NCBI GenBank assembly: GCA_034189385.1 | Contig: JAXHVD010000003.1 | Span: forward strand, 64,001 to 128,000 | Direction of reading: 5' to 3' | Source: Thermodesulfobacteriota bacterium | GTDB lineage: Bacteria > Desulfobacterota > Desulfobacteria > Desulfobacterales > C00003060 | DNA: 64,000 nt | Notes under the pieces: generated by a model | What the model saw: the letters and a program-made list of their open reading frames with translations, nothing else | The model's database searches: none | What the model was told of the DNA's origin: nothing | In this document: one piece after another, positions 18,862-27,072 of the stretch | How positions within the stretch are numbered: the first letter of the stretch is position 1 | Layout: the number at the start of each line of letters is the position of its first letter | Made by a program: the position numbers and the translations under genes

Positions 18862-20321
18862 TGACCATGCGCATCACGGTCCTCTCAATTTGTCTCGTAC
18901 TCACTTTGCCCATAGCTTCGTCGTACGCCGACACCGAGACCGGGTCAAGCGTGAGACCGGCGATAGTGGCAGGTCTCTTCTATCCCAGCCAGCCCGAAGC
19001 CCTTCGAGACATGGTTGCCAAGCAGTTGAAAGAGGCTGGCGGCGCCAACGTTGCCGGAAGAATCAGGGGGTTGGTCTCCCCCCATGCGGGATATGTCTAT
19101 TCTGGAATTGTGGCTGCCGCTGGATACAGACAAGTGGATCCATCTTTCAAAACCGTCATCCTCCTTGGACCGAGTCATCGATTTCCCCTAAAAGGCGCCT
19201 CTATCCCTGACCTCAAGGCCTACCGAACCCCGCTGGGAGATGTACCACTGGCCAGATTGGCTTTCACGCTTCAAGACGAGCCCCTGGTTGAATCTGTCCC
19301 TCAGGCCCACAGCAGAGAACATTCCCTTGAGGTCCAACTTCCCTTCTTGCAGATCATACTCAAAGATTTCCAGATTGTCCCCATACTGAGCAACAATGCA
19401 GACCCAGAGGCCCTCGCTGCCATCCTGGCCCCTCATATAGGGGAAGACACCCTGGTGGTGGCAAGCTCGGACCTTTCCCACTATCACTCCTATGAAAAGG
19501 CCGTTAGCCTGGACCGCCTTTTCACGGCAGCAGTACCTGCCCTGAAGTTCTCCGACCTATCACAGTGCGAGGCCTGCGGCAAACAGGCTGTCTTGACCTT
19601 GATGCATATTGCCAAGATAAAGGGCTGGGATGGCCTGTTCATCGACTACAAGAACTCTGGCGACACCGCAGGAAGGAAGGACCAGGTTGTAGGATATGCA
19701 AGTATCGCCTTTGTTGACAGAAAGGAGGCATCGAAGAGAATGAACGAAACCCTGCCCACCAAGGATAGAAAAGCCCTCCTTCAGCTTGCCCGCTCTGCCA
19801 TTGAGGCAAAGCTTGTCAAAGGCGCCAGGGTGGAAAGGCCTGCCCCCCTTTCTCCTGCCCTGAAAGAGGTGTGCGGCTGCTTCGTAACACTCCATAAACA
19901 CGGCCAGCTTCGAGGCTGCATCGGGTCTATTGAACCCGTGTCACCCCTTGTTGAATGCGTGGAGAGCAACGCCAAGAACGCTGCCTTTCGTGACCCGAGA
20001 TTTCCCCCCTTGAGTCGAGAGGAACTGGCCGACATAGACATCGAGGTGAGCGTCCTGTCCGTGCCGCAAAGACTAGATTTCACAGATGGAGAAGACCTTA
20101 AGCGTCAGCTTCAACCTCTGGTTCATGGGGTAATCTTGTCTCGTGGTTTCAACCGCTCCACCTTCCTTCCCCAGGTGTGGAAACAGTTGCCAGACAAGGA
20201 GCAGTTCCTGGGACACCTTTGTCAGAAGGGCGGCATGCCTCAAAAGGCGTGGCAGGACCCTGCTGACACCAAGGTGGAAGTATACCAGGCCGCGGTCTTT
20301 GGCGAAAAGGATTTCAGATGA
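18858..20321 (+). CDS. AmmeMemoRadiSam protein B (Memo) - protein A (AMMECR1) fusion with N-terminal signal peptide
   Basis: VRPAIVAGLFYP, PHAGYVYSG, EHSLEVQLPF, SSDLSHY, SGD, VVGY; then FVTL...LRGCIG, AAFRDPRF, STFLPQVW, LCQKGG; ATGA overlap with amrS. Confidence 0.92.
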   Translation: MMTMRITVLSICLVLTLPIASSYADTETGSSVRPAIVAGLFYPSQPEALRDMVAKQLKEAGGANVAGRIRGLVSPHAGYVYSGIVAAAGYRQVDPSFKTVILLGPSHRFPLKGASIPDLKAYRTPLGDVPLARLAFTLQDEPLVESVPQAHSREHSLEVQLPFLQIILKDFQIVPILSNNADPEALAAILAPHIGEDTLVVASSDLSHYHSYEKAVSLDRLFTAAVPALKFSDLSQCEACGKQAVLTLMHIAKIKGWDGLFIDYKNSGDTAGRKDQVVGYASIAFVDRKEASKRMNETLPTKDRKALLQLARSAIEAKLVKGARVERPAPLSPALKEVCGCFVTLHKHGQLRGCIGSIEPVSPLVECVESNAKNAAFRDPRFPPLSREELADIDIEVSVLSVPQRLDFTDGEDLKRQLQPLVHGVILSRGFNRSTFLPQVWKQLPDKEQFLGHLCQKGGMPQKAWQDPADTKVEVYQAAVFGEKDFR

Positions 20322-20430
20322 ACTAGGTCTGCCCACCTGTCCTCCACAGCCCTCTTACTTGATTTTCACCCATGCCAACCGCTGAACTTTCAAAGCAGGA
20401 TCCCCCAACATATGCTTCAACATCCAAGGC

Positions 20431-20457
20431 TCAAGGTTTTCGTCCTTGTGCCGATAA
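20431..20457 (+). promoter_or_regulatory. sigma28 (FliA)-type promoter
   Basis: TCAA(G)-N15-GCCGATAA; the -10 octamer is a perfect match to the FliA consensus TAAA-N15-GCCGATAA. Confidence 0.75.
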
Positions 20458-20623
20458 ATAAGTAGAGGGAATCGGCACTTGGATGACTCCGTCTCAAGGG
20501 GGTTAACACCGGAATCGGCACCCCATGAGGTGGAATGTGCGTTTGAATCCCCCTTTCTATAGCAATAGATACGTTCATAGTTGAAGGACCAAGAGAGAAA
20601 CCGAGGATACCACAGGAACGGTC

Positions 20624-22804
20624 ATGCCAGAAGCCGCCGGACATGAAGGTGCTGCCTCCAATAGCCTGAATCAGGACGACATCTCGAAGCTCTTTGGAGA
20701 CACCGGGCAAAACGAAAAAGAGGGGGGGAGTCAGAATCGGGAAGCCGAACCGAGCCAAGACCTAGACCATGGCCCTGTTACCCCTGTCAAGTATCCAGCC
20801 GATGCTGAGGGGCTGGGCGGTGAAGATCACATGGGACAGGGAGAGAGTTTTTCAGGCGTGGACGGATCAGAAAACATTGAAGACGATGAGGTTGAAATCC
20901 AAGAGACTGAAGAACTCCTGGCCCAATTGGAGATCTTAGAAGATGAACCGGTAGACGACAACAGTCATAACGACGCAGAAGAAAATGTACCGGACAGAGA
21001 TGATGTATCTACCAGAACCGATTCTCACGAGAACCCATCATCCGAAAAAGGAGACACAACGGCCGATAAGAAGGAAAAAGGGAATAGCGAGACTGTAAAT
21101 GGCCCTGAAGTGGGGGATCAAGACGCAGAAGAACCAGAGGGCGTGACCGAGGAAGATGAGATCGACGATGACAGGGACCACGAAGGGAGCGTTGAAGAAC
21201 ACGGGGTTGATGCCGAAAGCGATAAAGCGTCTATCACCGAAGCTGGCGATCCTGAGGGTCAAGAGGCGGCTGACCATAAGAAAGACCGGACATCAGCAGA
21301 GAATCCGTTGCAAGAGCAGAAAGATAATGAGTTGTCAGAACCTAATTCCGATCAAGAGCCGTTATCCACAAAAGGGGAGAGGGAGGAAGATGAAAACCTG
21401 GAAGCGGACACCGAGAACCATGACAAAAAGGCCGAAGAGGAGGAAGACCGGGACGTCCCCGAAGTGGTGAACGAGGGAAGGCAGAACGAAGACGACATCC
21501 CCTTGAAAGAGGACGATGAGCACGTGGAAGACGAGCATCGACCAAAGAGGGGAAAAAGGTCTTTGATGCTTCTTATCGGCCTTCTCTCCTGCGTGATAGT
21601 GATGGCCGGGATGGCTGGATGGGTCCTTTATAGAAAAAGATACGTCCCTGAATCTACAAAGAAAAAAGTCCTTGCCCCTGTTCAACAAAGAAACGTCTCA
21701 GTTGGCGAGATGGAGACAGGACTGCCACAGCCCCGCCCATCCCACGTTGCCCGTGGTCCGGCCACCTTGGTGGCCAGGCTCGAGTCCAGGCTTCAGGAAG
21801 CGGCAGACCTGAGGGATGAACTGCTTATCAAGGCAGGGGAGATTGATCAACTCAAGGGCCATTTTTCTGAAAGCATCGCCAAGACAGAAAAGGAAATCCT
21901 TCAAGAGAAAAAAGCGCGTGAAATAAACTCTTACCTGCAAGCCATGAATAACAAGAAAGTCGAATTGGGGTTGCGGACCATCCAGCGCAGAGAGGCCTAT
22001 ATTCGACAACTCGATCAACCCTCGGAGTGGTTGGAAGGGGGGAGCCAAGAGCTACTTTATGTGAGGCGGAAAACCATGATTGAAATGGAGGCGAGCAAGA
22101 TTGCAGGTGACATAGACCTTGAGAGACTGATCGCCGATCTAGGGGGGGTCATCCAAAAGAACCGCCATGGTATGAACAGTCTCACCGTCGACATGGGAAA
22201 GGCCAAGCTGCATTGCCTTGAAACCATATGGACAAGACTGACTGAAGCGGACAACGGGAAGGGCAATGGCGAAACCAATACTAAAAAAAGGGTACCCAAC
22301 GGCCCACCCTTTATAACGGGCAATAGAGATAATGAAATATGGCAAGAGCTCTGCGGTGGAAATTATGCGCGAAAAGGGGAGCTGACCGAGCTTTCAGTGC
22401 CAGCGGCCAAATGTCTCTCCAGAATTGAGGTCTCGGATCTTTTCCTCAATGGGCTGATCCGACTGTCCCCAGAGGCGGCCAAACACCTGATGAAATGGAA
22501 GGGTGACTGGCTTTGCCTAAATGGCCTGAAGCAGGTTTTACCAGAGACGGGAAAAAGTCTGTTTCAATGGCCCGGCAAAGTGATTTCCCTCAATGGTCTG
22601 TCCAGATTTCCTCCCGAACTCGCTCCCCTGCTCCTGAAATGGCAGGGAACCCAGCTTGAGCTCATGGGCCTTGAACCATTAGATGATATCGGCCAACTGG
22701 CAGGGATAAAGGCCTTGGCCCAGTGGGAAGAATCGGGCGGTAAGCTTTATGTTCCTGGTAACATCAGAAAACAGATTGAAGACATCATGGGAAGGAGTGG
22801 ATGA
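20624..22804 (+). CDS. hypothetical bitopic membrane protein: acidic disordered N-terminus, TM helix, helical domain, C-terminal LRR-like repeats
   Basis: ~300 aa D/E-rich region; TM LMLLIGLLSCVIVMAGMAGWVLY; ~24-aa repeats L.LNGL..L.PE.A..L..W.G. Confidence 0.8.
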   Translation: MPEAAGHEGAASNSLNQDDISKLFGDTGQNEKEGGSQNREAEPSQDLDHGPVTPVKYPADAEGLGGEDHMGQGESFSGVDGSENIEDDEVEIQETEELLAQLEILEDEPVDDNSHNDAEENVPDRDDVSTRTDSHENPSSEKGDTTADKKEKGNSETVNGPEVGDQDAEEPEGVTEEDEIDDDRDHEGSVEEHGVDAESDKASITEAGDPEGQEAADHKKDRTSAENPLQEQKDNELSEPNSDQEPLSTKGEREEDENLEADTENHDKKAEEEEDRDVPEVVNEGRQNEDDIPLKEDDEHVEDEHRPKRGKRSLMLLIGLLSCVIVMAGMAGWVLYRKRYVPESTKKKVLAPVQQRNVSVGEMETGLPQPRPSHVARGPATLVARLESRLQEAADLRDELLIKAGEIDQLKGHFSESIAKTEKEILQEKKAREINSYLQAMNNKKVELGLRTIQRREAYIRQLDQPSEWLEGGSQELLYVRRKTMIEMEASKIAGDIDLERLIADLGGVIQKNRHGMNSLTVDMGKAKLHCLETIWTRLTEADNGKGNGETNTKKRVPNGPPFITGNRDNEIWQELCGGNYARKGELTELSVPAAKCLSRIEVSDLFLNGLIRLSPEAAKHLMKWKGDWLCLNGLKQVLPETGKSLFQWPGKVISLNGLSRFPPELAPLLLKWQGTQLELMGLEPLDDIGQLAGIKALAQWEESGGKLYVPGNIRKQIEDIMGRSG

Positions 22805-23391
22805 TGAAACAAGTTATGGGCAGCACCCGTAGAGTCTACCTCTGGGCGTTGTGCTGCTTGTTCACCATCCTGTCTTCAGATCTTGCACTGGCGGTCCATC
22901 CAACGATTTTCACCCTGCAACAAAAGATGGAACAAATCGCGTCCCTGCGTGCAAGCATTGCTGAAAAGGCTGAACAGGGGAGAAGCATTCGTCAACAGTT
23001 CAAAGAACAGATGGAGGCCATAGCCCAAGAGATCAAAGATGAGCAAGAGTGGATGGAAACGAAATCCTATGAAGAGGCCATCCAGTGCCCCCGTATTGAC
23101 TATGATCTCAGACTCCTTCAGCGGTATGATGGCTACCTGTCTGAAATCGATCGAAGGCTCAACTATTATCAGACTTTGGATGTACAGCTGGCCTACCTTT
23201 TTCAGCGGGCCGAGGATGACATGAAGATCATTGAGACATTAAATGACATGGACATAGCCGCTTTGATGATCCGGATCGACAGGGTCCTTAATGAATATCT
23301 TCCTGAAGCTGAAAAGCCGTTGATCCGTGCAAAACACCTTCGGCTGCCTCAGCACGAAGATGTGTGGAATGAAATCGTGAAGCGTTACTAA
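22801..23391 (+). CDS. hypothetical exported alpha-helical protein
   Basis: Sec-like signal ending ALA; ATGA overlap with the upstream gene; homologous to its central domain. Confidence 0.8.
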   Translation: MMKQVMGSTRRVYLWALCCLFTILSSDLALAVHPTIFTLQQKMEQIASLRASIAEKAEQGRSIRQQFKEQMEAIAQEIKDEQEWMETKSYEEAIQCPRIDYDLRLLQRYDGYLSEIDRRLNYYQTLDVQLAYLFQRAEDDMKIIETLNDMDIAALMIRIDRVLNEYLPEAEKPLIRAKHLRLPQHEDVWNEIVKRY

Positions 23392-23627
23392 TAGTGGCTT
23401 CAACGCACCTGCAGTGCTGCTACTTGCTTCGGCCGCTCAACACTTGCTTTTTTTCCTGCCAACCCAGATGCACCCTGTGGCCCGGAGTCCTCTTTTCTCC
23501 CAATCTCCTTAGAACGAGGTGGACGAGCCCTCCTTTCCGCAAGTCAATTAAGATGAAATTGCAGAAAGCCTTTTGCGAAACCATCAAGTAAGCAAGGTCA
23601 AGATGATAGGTTGAACAAACAGGGCCC

Positions 23628-23642
23628 CTGTCAATCTGACAG
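23628..23642. promoter_or_regulatory. palindromic candidate upstream activator site for a sigma54 enhancer-binding protein
   Basis: Perfect inverted repeat CTGTCA-atc-TGACAG about 75 nt upstream of a -24/-12 promoter. Confidence 0.5.
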
Positions 23643-23713
23643 CGCCTTGTTCTTTTATAGTGCTCTACAACCAATTCTTGAATAAAAACAGCCGGGTATT
23701 GGCCCACCCACCA

Positions 23714-23730
23714 TTGGCATGCCAATTGCT
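23714..23730 (+). promoter_or_regulatory. sigma54 (-24/-12) promoter
   Basis: TTGGCATGCCAATTGCT: GG-N10-GC with TGGCA and TTGC blocks. Confidence 0.72.
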
Positions 23731-23830
23731 TCAAGTGCTAGTAGTGATCTCCTTAAGTATAGGTCACCAAGAAGCCTACGGTCTTCAATGAGTCCCTTTT
23801 ATGACAGCGCAGGAACAAGGAGGATGAAAA

Positions 23831-24007
23831 GTGAAAAATCTGATCTTCGGCGTTCAGCATACGCTAAACCCCTTGCATGTGTATTGTCGTCTTGTGGGTA
23901 TTGGGCTGGACACAGAGATCTCTTTTCAACTCAGCAGATATTATGAGGGAGCAGTCTATAGCAAGCTTTTTAGATTTACGAATTACCTGTATCGCTGTTT
24001 GTCTTAA
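23831..24007 (+). CDS. small protein, 58 aa (QHTLNPLHVYCRL motif); not in ORF track
   Basis: AAGGAGG RBS then GTG; MKNLIFGVQHTLNPLHVYCRLVGIGLDTEISFQLSRYYEGAVYSKLFRFTNYLYRCLS*; first ORF with a strong RBS after the sigma54 promoter. Confidence 0.75.
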   Translation: MKNLIFGVQHTLNPLHVYCRLVGIGLDTEISFQLSRYYEGAVYSKLFRFTNYLYRCLS

Positions 24008-24136
24008 CGGCCTTTTGCCCAAAGCAAGAGACCTTTCATCGATTTGTCCACACGCGTTGGCCACACATTGGTGAAACAGAAGGTGGGAAAAAAGTCCGCG
24101 GGATTGGCCACAAAGAGGGGTAAGTATCGCCGCCCT

Positions 24137-24310
24137 ATGGGGAGACAGGATATCGACGACGTGCTCTATTCCATCAAAGGGGCCATTGACAACCAGGAGC
24201 TTACACCAGAGATGGAACTTTTAAGGAAGCTTCTGGGCGAGCGGGCGTTGCTTTACGACCTAGTCGGAAATCGGCGGGAGATCAAGAAGCTTGTCAGCAT
24301 TTTTGTGTGA
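24137..24310 (+). CDS. small hypothetical protein (57 aa, amphipathic helices)
   Basis: MGRQDIDDVLYSIKGAIDNQELTPEMELLRKLL...; protein-like, co-oriented between the 58-aa ORF and the TusA gene; start uncertain. Confidence 0.5.
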   Translation: MGRQDIDDVLYSIKGAIDNQELTPEMELLRKLLGERALLYDLVGNRREIKKLVSIFV

Positions 24311-24482
24311 CCAGGCCAGAGAGGTTTCCAATGCCTGTTACCTCAAATGGCCTTGCTGGCAGGTGGCGGCCGGCAAGCATGCCTCCAATGGGAGGGGCCT
24401 GAAAGGAAAAATGCCATGTGCCCCTGTAGCCATCTACAGGGAATAGGCCTGGGTAAGAAAGGATCTGGTAGAGGAGAAAGTT

Positions 24483-24707
24483 ATGGCAATACAAGTGTTA
24501 GACACCCTTGGCATGAGGAGTCCCGAACCAATCCTCAAGATAGCTGTTCAGTCCCCGGACATGAGGACCGGTGACATCCTGCAAGTGTTAGGAGACTGCC
24601 CAACCTTTGAAAAAGATGTGCGTGCGTGGTGTAAGCGGCTCGGCAAAGCGCATCTTTCCACAAAGGCCTTGGGGTTGGACAAGAAGCAGATTCAGATACA
24701 GTTCTAG
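24483..24707 (+). CDS. TusA/SirA family sulfur-carrier-like protein (CPxP Cys replaced by Ser)
   Basis: LDTLGMRSPEP...GDILQVLGDCPTFEKDVRAWC...G; 74 aa; GAGGAG RBS. Confidence 0.85.
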   Translation: MAIQVLDTLGMRSPEPILKIAVQSPDMRTGDILQVLGDCPTFEKDVRAWCKRLGKAHLSTKALGLDKKQIQIQF

Positions 24708-24819
24708 AGGGCATATCATAAGAAAGGGCGGACATGCCTTGCAGCAGGCTAAGAGGTTGCTGTTGCGGCAGAAGGGCCCAAGAGAGAAGTTCGAGCCTTT
24801 CCATCTCCCAAATCAAAAT

Positions 24820-26829
24820 TCAATACAAGACGTCACTTCGAAACATCTTTTCTACAAGGCTTCTGTGATAGGACAAGTCAAAGACGCCTCTTTGATCCAT
24901 GAGCGCATAGTACTGATCCAGGGAAATACCTGTCTCAAATGACTTCAGCGTCATGCAGTAGGTCTCGTAAGGCATACTGATGATGTCGTCCAAAAGGAAA
25001 ATGGTGACCGTTTTTTCAGGCGTGAGGTCACCAGATCCTTCTGTTGCAAGCCTTTTCAAAAAGCATGAAAGGTTCAGATAATCGTGCTCGTGCATGGAAA
25101 GGAAGGCGCGATTCAACCGAGGTCGGCTGGTCTGATAAGAGCTCCTTATTCTTTGGGATCTGTCACGAAAAAGGGCCTTTTGGGTCTGCAGGGTGATCAG
25201 GTCTTCAATGAAGGGGATCCTGGAGAGCATAGAGTCATCTTGCGTGAGCTTCTTTTTCAGTTCATGGAGGAGCGCACAGTGACCTAGGGCTCTGAAAAGG
25301 TTCCCAGCTCTGGCAGTGGACATATTTGCCGCCACTTTCTCAAGGAGACCGATGACGTCTTCGCCTAGACATGCAAAAAGGATGTGAAAGAGCTCGTGGG
25401 ACTCTTCTTCCAGGCTCTTAAGCATGCCTACCAACATCTCGCATCTAAAGATGTCTTCTTCAGACAGGGCCTTGGGGGTGTATATGCAGAGATTGTCAAC
25501 TGAGAAGCTATAGTGCTCCTGGCCCCTGAGCCTTCTTGTCCAAGAGATGAGCGTATCGATGTCCCGGGGATTTTCCACATGGCTTTCCCAGTAGCCGCTT
25601 CCCACATCTGTGGACAGATGGTCGTAGTATACTCTTACGTTTGTGAGTCCACCTACAAACAGATTATGTTTCAGTCGAAAAATGTTTACAATCTCTTCCC
25701 TTAGGGCAACGTTTTTGGGGGTGGTTTCATGATATCGGCTAAAGAACAGGTATGTCTTCACCCCATGGTCGAGCCTTTTGTTGACGAGATCCAGGTTCTT
25801 TTTCAGGTCTTCAATAGAATAGGTCTTTTGATGCTTCACCTTCTGACGGCTCTCATCGTCAAAGACCTCTGGTGACATCTCAAAGAGCGGCCGGTCTTGC
25901 CTATTGAGGACGAAGAGTTCTTTGTACAGATCCAGAAACTCGGCGTCGAACAATTGCCAAGCACCGTAGTTCAGCTGAAAGGTCTTGACCAGGTCCTCTT
26001 CCCCCTTCATGGCCTCGAACAGGGCCTTTACGTAACTTCGGTCTATCTCATAACAGATGTATATTTTTCTAGTATACTCTTTTAGTTGCTTAAGGTCTGA
26101 CACAATTGCAGCAATCGATCTCGTCACCGGCTTTGTTCTGCCGCTGTGAAGCTTGAAAGCCTCACGGCTTCCTCCACAATAACGGCACCCGTACGTGCAT
26201 CCCCTGCCAATGAAGAGAGGAAATCCAAGCTTTCTTTCCAGGAACATAGTGTACAACTGGTAATCAAACAGATACCTGAGATTGGAAAAGGAAATGCTGG
26301 AAATGGTTGCCTTGTCTATGAAATAGGAGGCTTCATTGACGCCAACACCCCTTTTGTTTCTATATATAAGATTAGGGATATCGCGTACATCGGCATGGGA
26401 AAGGAGGAGCTCTAAAGGCCTTTCGGGGTCGCCCTTTACAACATAATCGACAAAGGGCCATTTCCTGATGAGCTCCTCTGCAAAATAGCTGCCTGTGAAA
26501 CCGCCGCACACGATTTTAGCCTTATGGGTCATCGCCTTTATGCGCTCACCTACCCAGTGCACTCCTTCTGCGGTTTCTTGCCAATGAAAAACCAAACCGA
26601 TATGGGTTGGGCGGAATTCTTGCAGATGATGGCCCAGGACCTCTTCCATCTCCGCCTCTTTGTAAAGGGCCAGGTTCAGGATTCTGGCCTGTCTCTTCCT
26701 GTGGTGCAGGTAGTCGCACAACCCAAAGGTCCCCATAGGAATATGGGTAAAGTGGACACTGGGACAGTTTATGATAAGCAGTCTTGGTGGCATATCCATT
26801 TTAGGGCTCAGGAATCTTTCTTCGGTCAT
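24820..26829 (-). CDS. B12-binding domain radical SAM protein
   Basis: N-terminal cobalamin-binding-like region (PMG, KIVCGGFT, VDYVVKGDPE.PL), GRGCTYGCRYCGG; start about 26829 or slightly downstream (track start overlaps the aro promoter). Confidence 0.82.
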   Translation of the reverse strand: MTEERFLSPKMDMPPRLLIINCPSVHFTHIPMGTFGLCDYLHHRKRQARILNLALYKEAEMEEVLGHHLQEFRPTHIGLVFHWQETAEGVHWVGERIKAMTHKAKIVCGGFTGSYFAEELIRKWPFVDYVVKGDPERPLELLLSHADVRDIPNLIYRNKRGVGVNEASYFIDKATISSISFSNLRYLFDYQLYTMFLERKLGFPLFIGRGCTYGCRYCGGSREAFKLHSGRTKPVTRSIAAIVSDLKQLKEYTRKIYICYEIDRSYVKALFEAMKGEEDLVKTFQLNYGAWQLFDAEFLDLYKELFVLNRQDRPLFEMSPEVFDDESRQKVKHQKTYSIEDLKKNLDLVNKRLDHGVKTYLFFSRYHETTPKNVALREEIVNIFRLKHNLFVGGLTNVRVYYDHLSTDVGSGYWESHVENPRDIDTLISWTRRLRGQEHYSFSVDNLCIYTPKALSEEDIFRCEMLVGMLKSLEEESHELFHILFACLGEDVIGLLEKVAANMSTARAGNLFRALGHCALLHELKKKLTQDDSMLSRIPFIEDLITLQTQKALFRDRSQRIRSSYQTSRPRLNRAFLSMHEHDYLNLSCFLKRLATEGSGDLTPEKTVTIFLLDDIISMPYETYCMTLKSFETGISLDQYYALMDQRGVFDLSYHRSLVEKMFRSDVLY

Positions 26830-26898
26830 TATCAAATCCAAATGCAAAAATAAATCCCCATGGGTTGGTCGGCGGGGTTGAGGACTGGCTTTTTTGCC

Positions 26899-26927
26899 TT
26901 GACATCCCAATAGCACCATGAGAATAT
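26899..26927 (+). promoter_or_regulatory. probable sigma70 promoter of the aro leader/operon
   Basis: TTGACA at 26899-26904, 17 nt spacer ending TGn, weak -10 GAATAT in AT-rich context. Confidence 0.45.
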
Positions 26928-26968
26928 ATAAATGGTGTAAGACACGAATATCGGGATTGAAAAAGGGC

Positions 26969-27046
26969 ATGGAAATGAAGGGATACTATTTTAGCTACTA
27001 TTATTACCTTGGTCCGGTCGGCCCATGGCTGAAAGGAGGACACTAG
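26969..27046 (+). CDS. Tyr/Phe-rich attenuator leader peptide of the aro operon; not in ORF track
   Basis: MEMKGYYFSYYYYLGPVGPWLKGGH* (alternative ATG at 26975): 6 Tyr + 1 Phe in 8 consecutive codons, directly before terminators and DAHP synthase. Confidence 0.88.
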   Translation: MEMKGYYFSYYYYLGPVGPWLKGGH

Positions 27047-27072
27047 GCAGTAGCTAGTCCATAGAAAACCTT

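Noticed and set aside
26830..26970. N-terminal extension of the minus-strand radical SAM ORF
   Set aside because: Runs through the aro promoter and leader start; recognisable domain sequence begins only near 26790.
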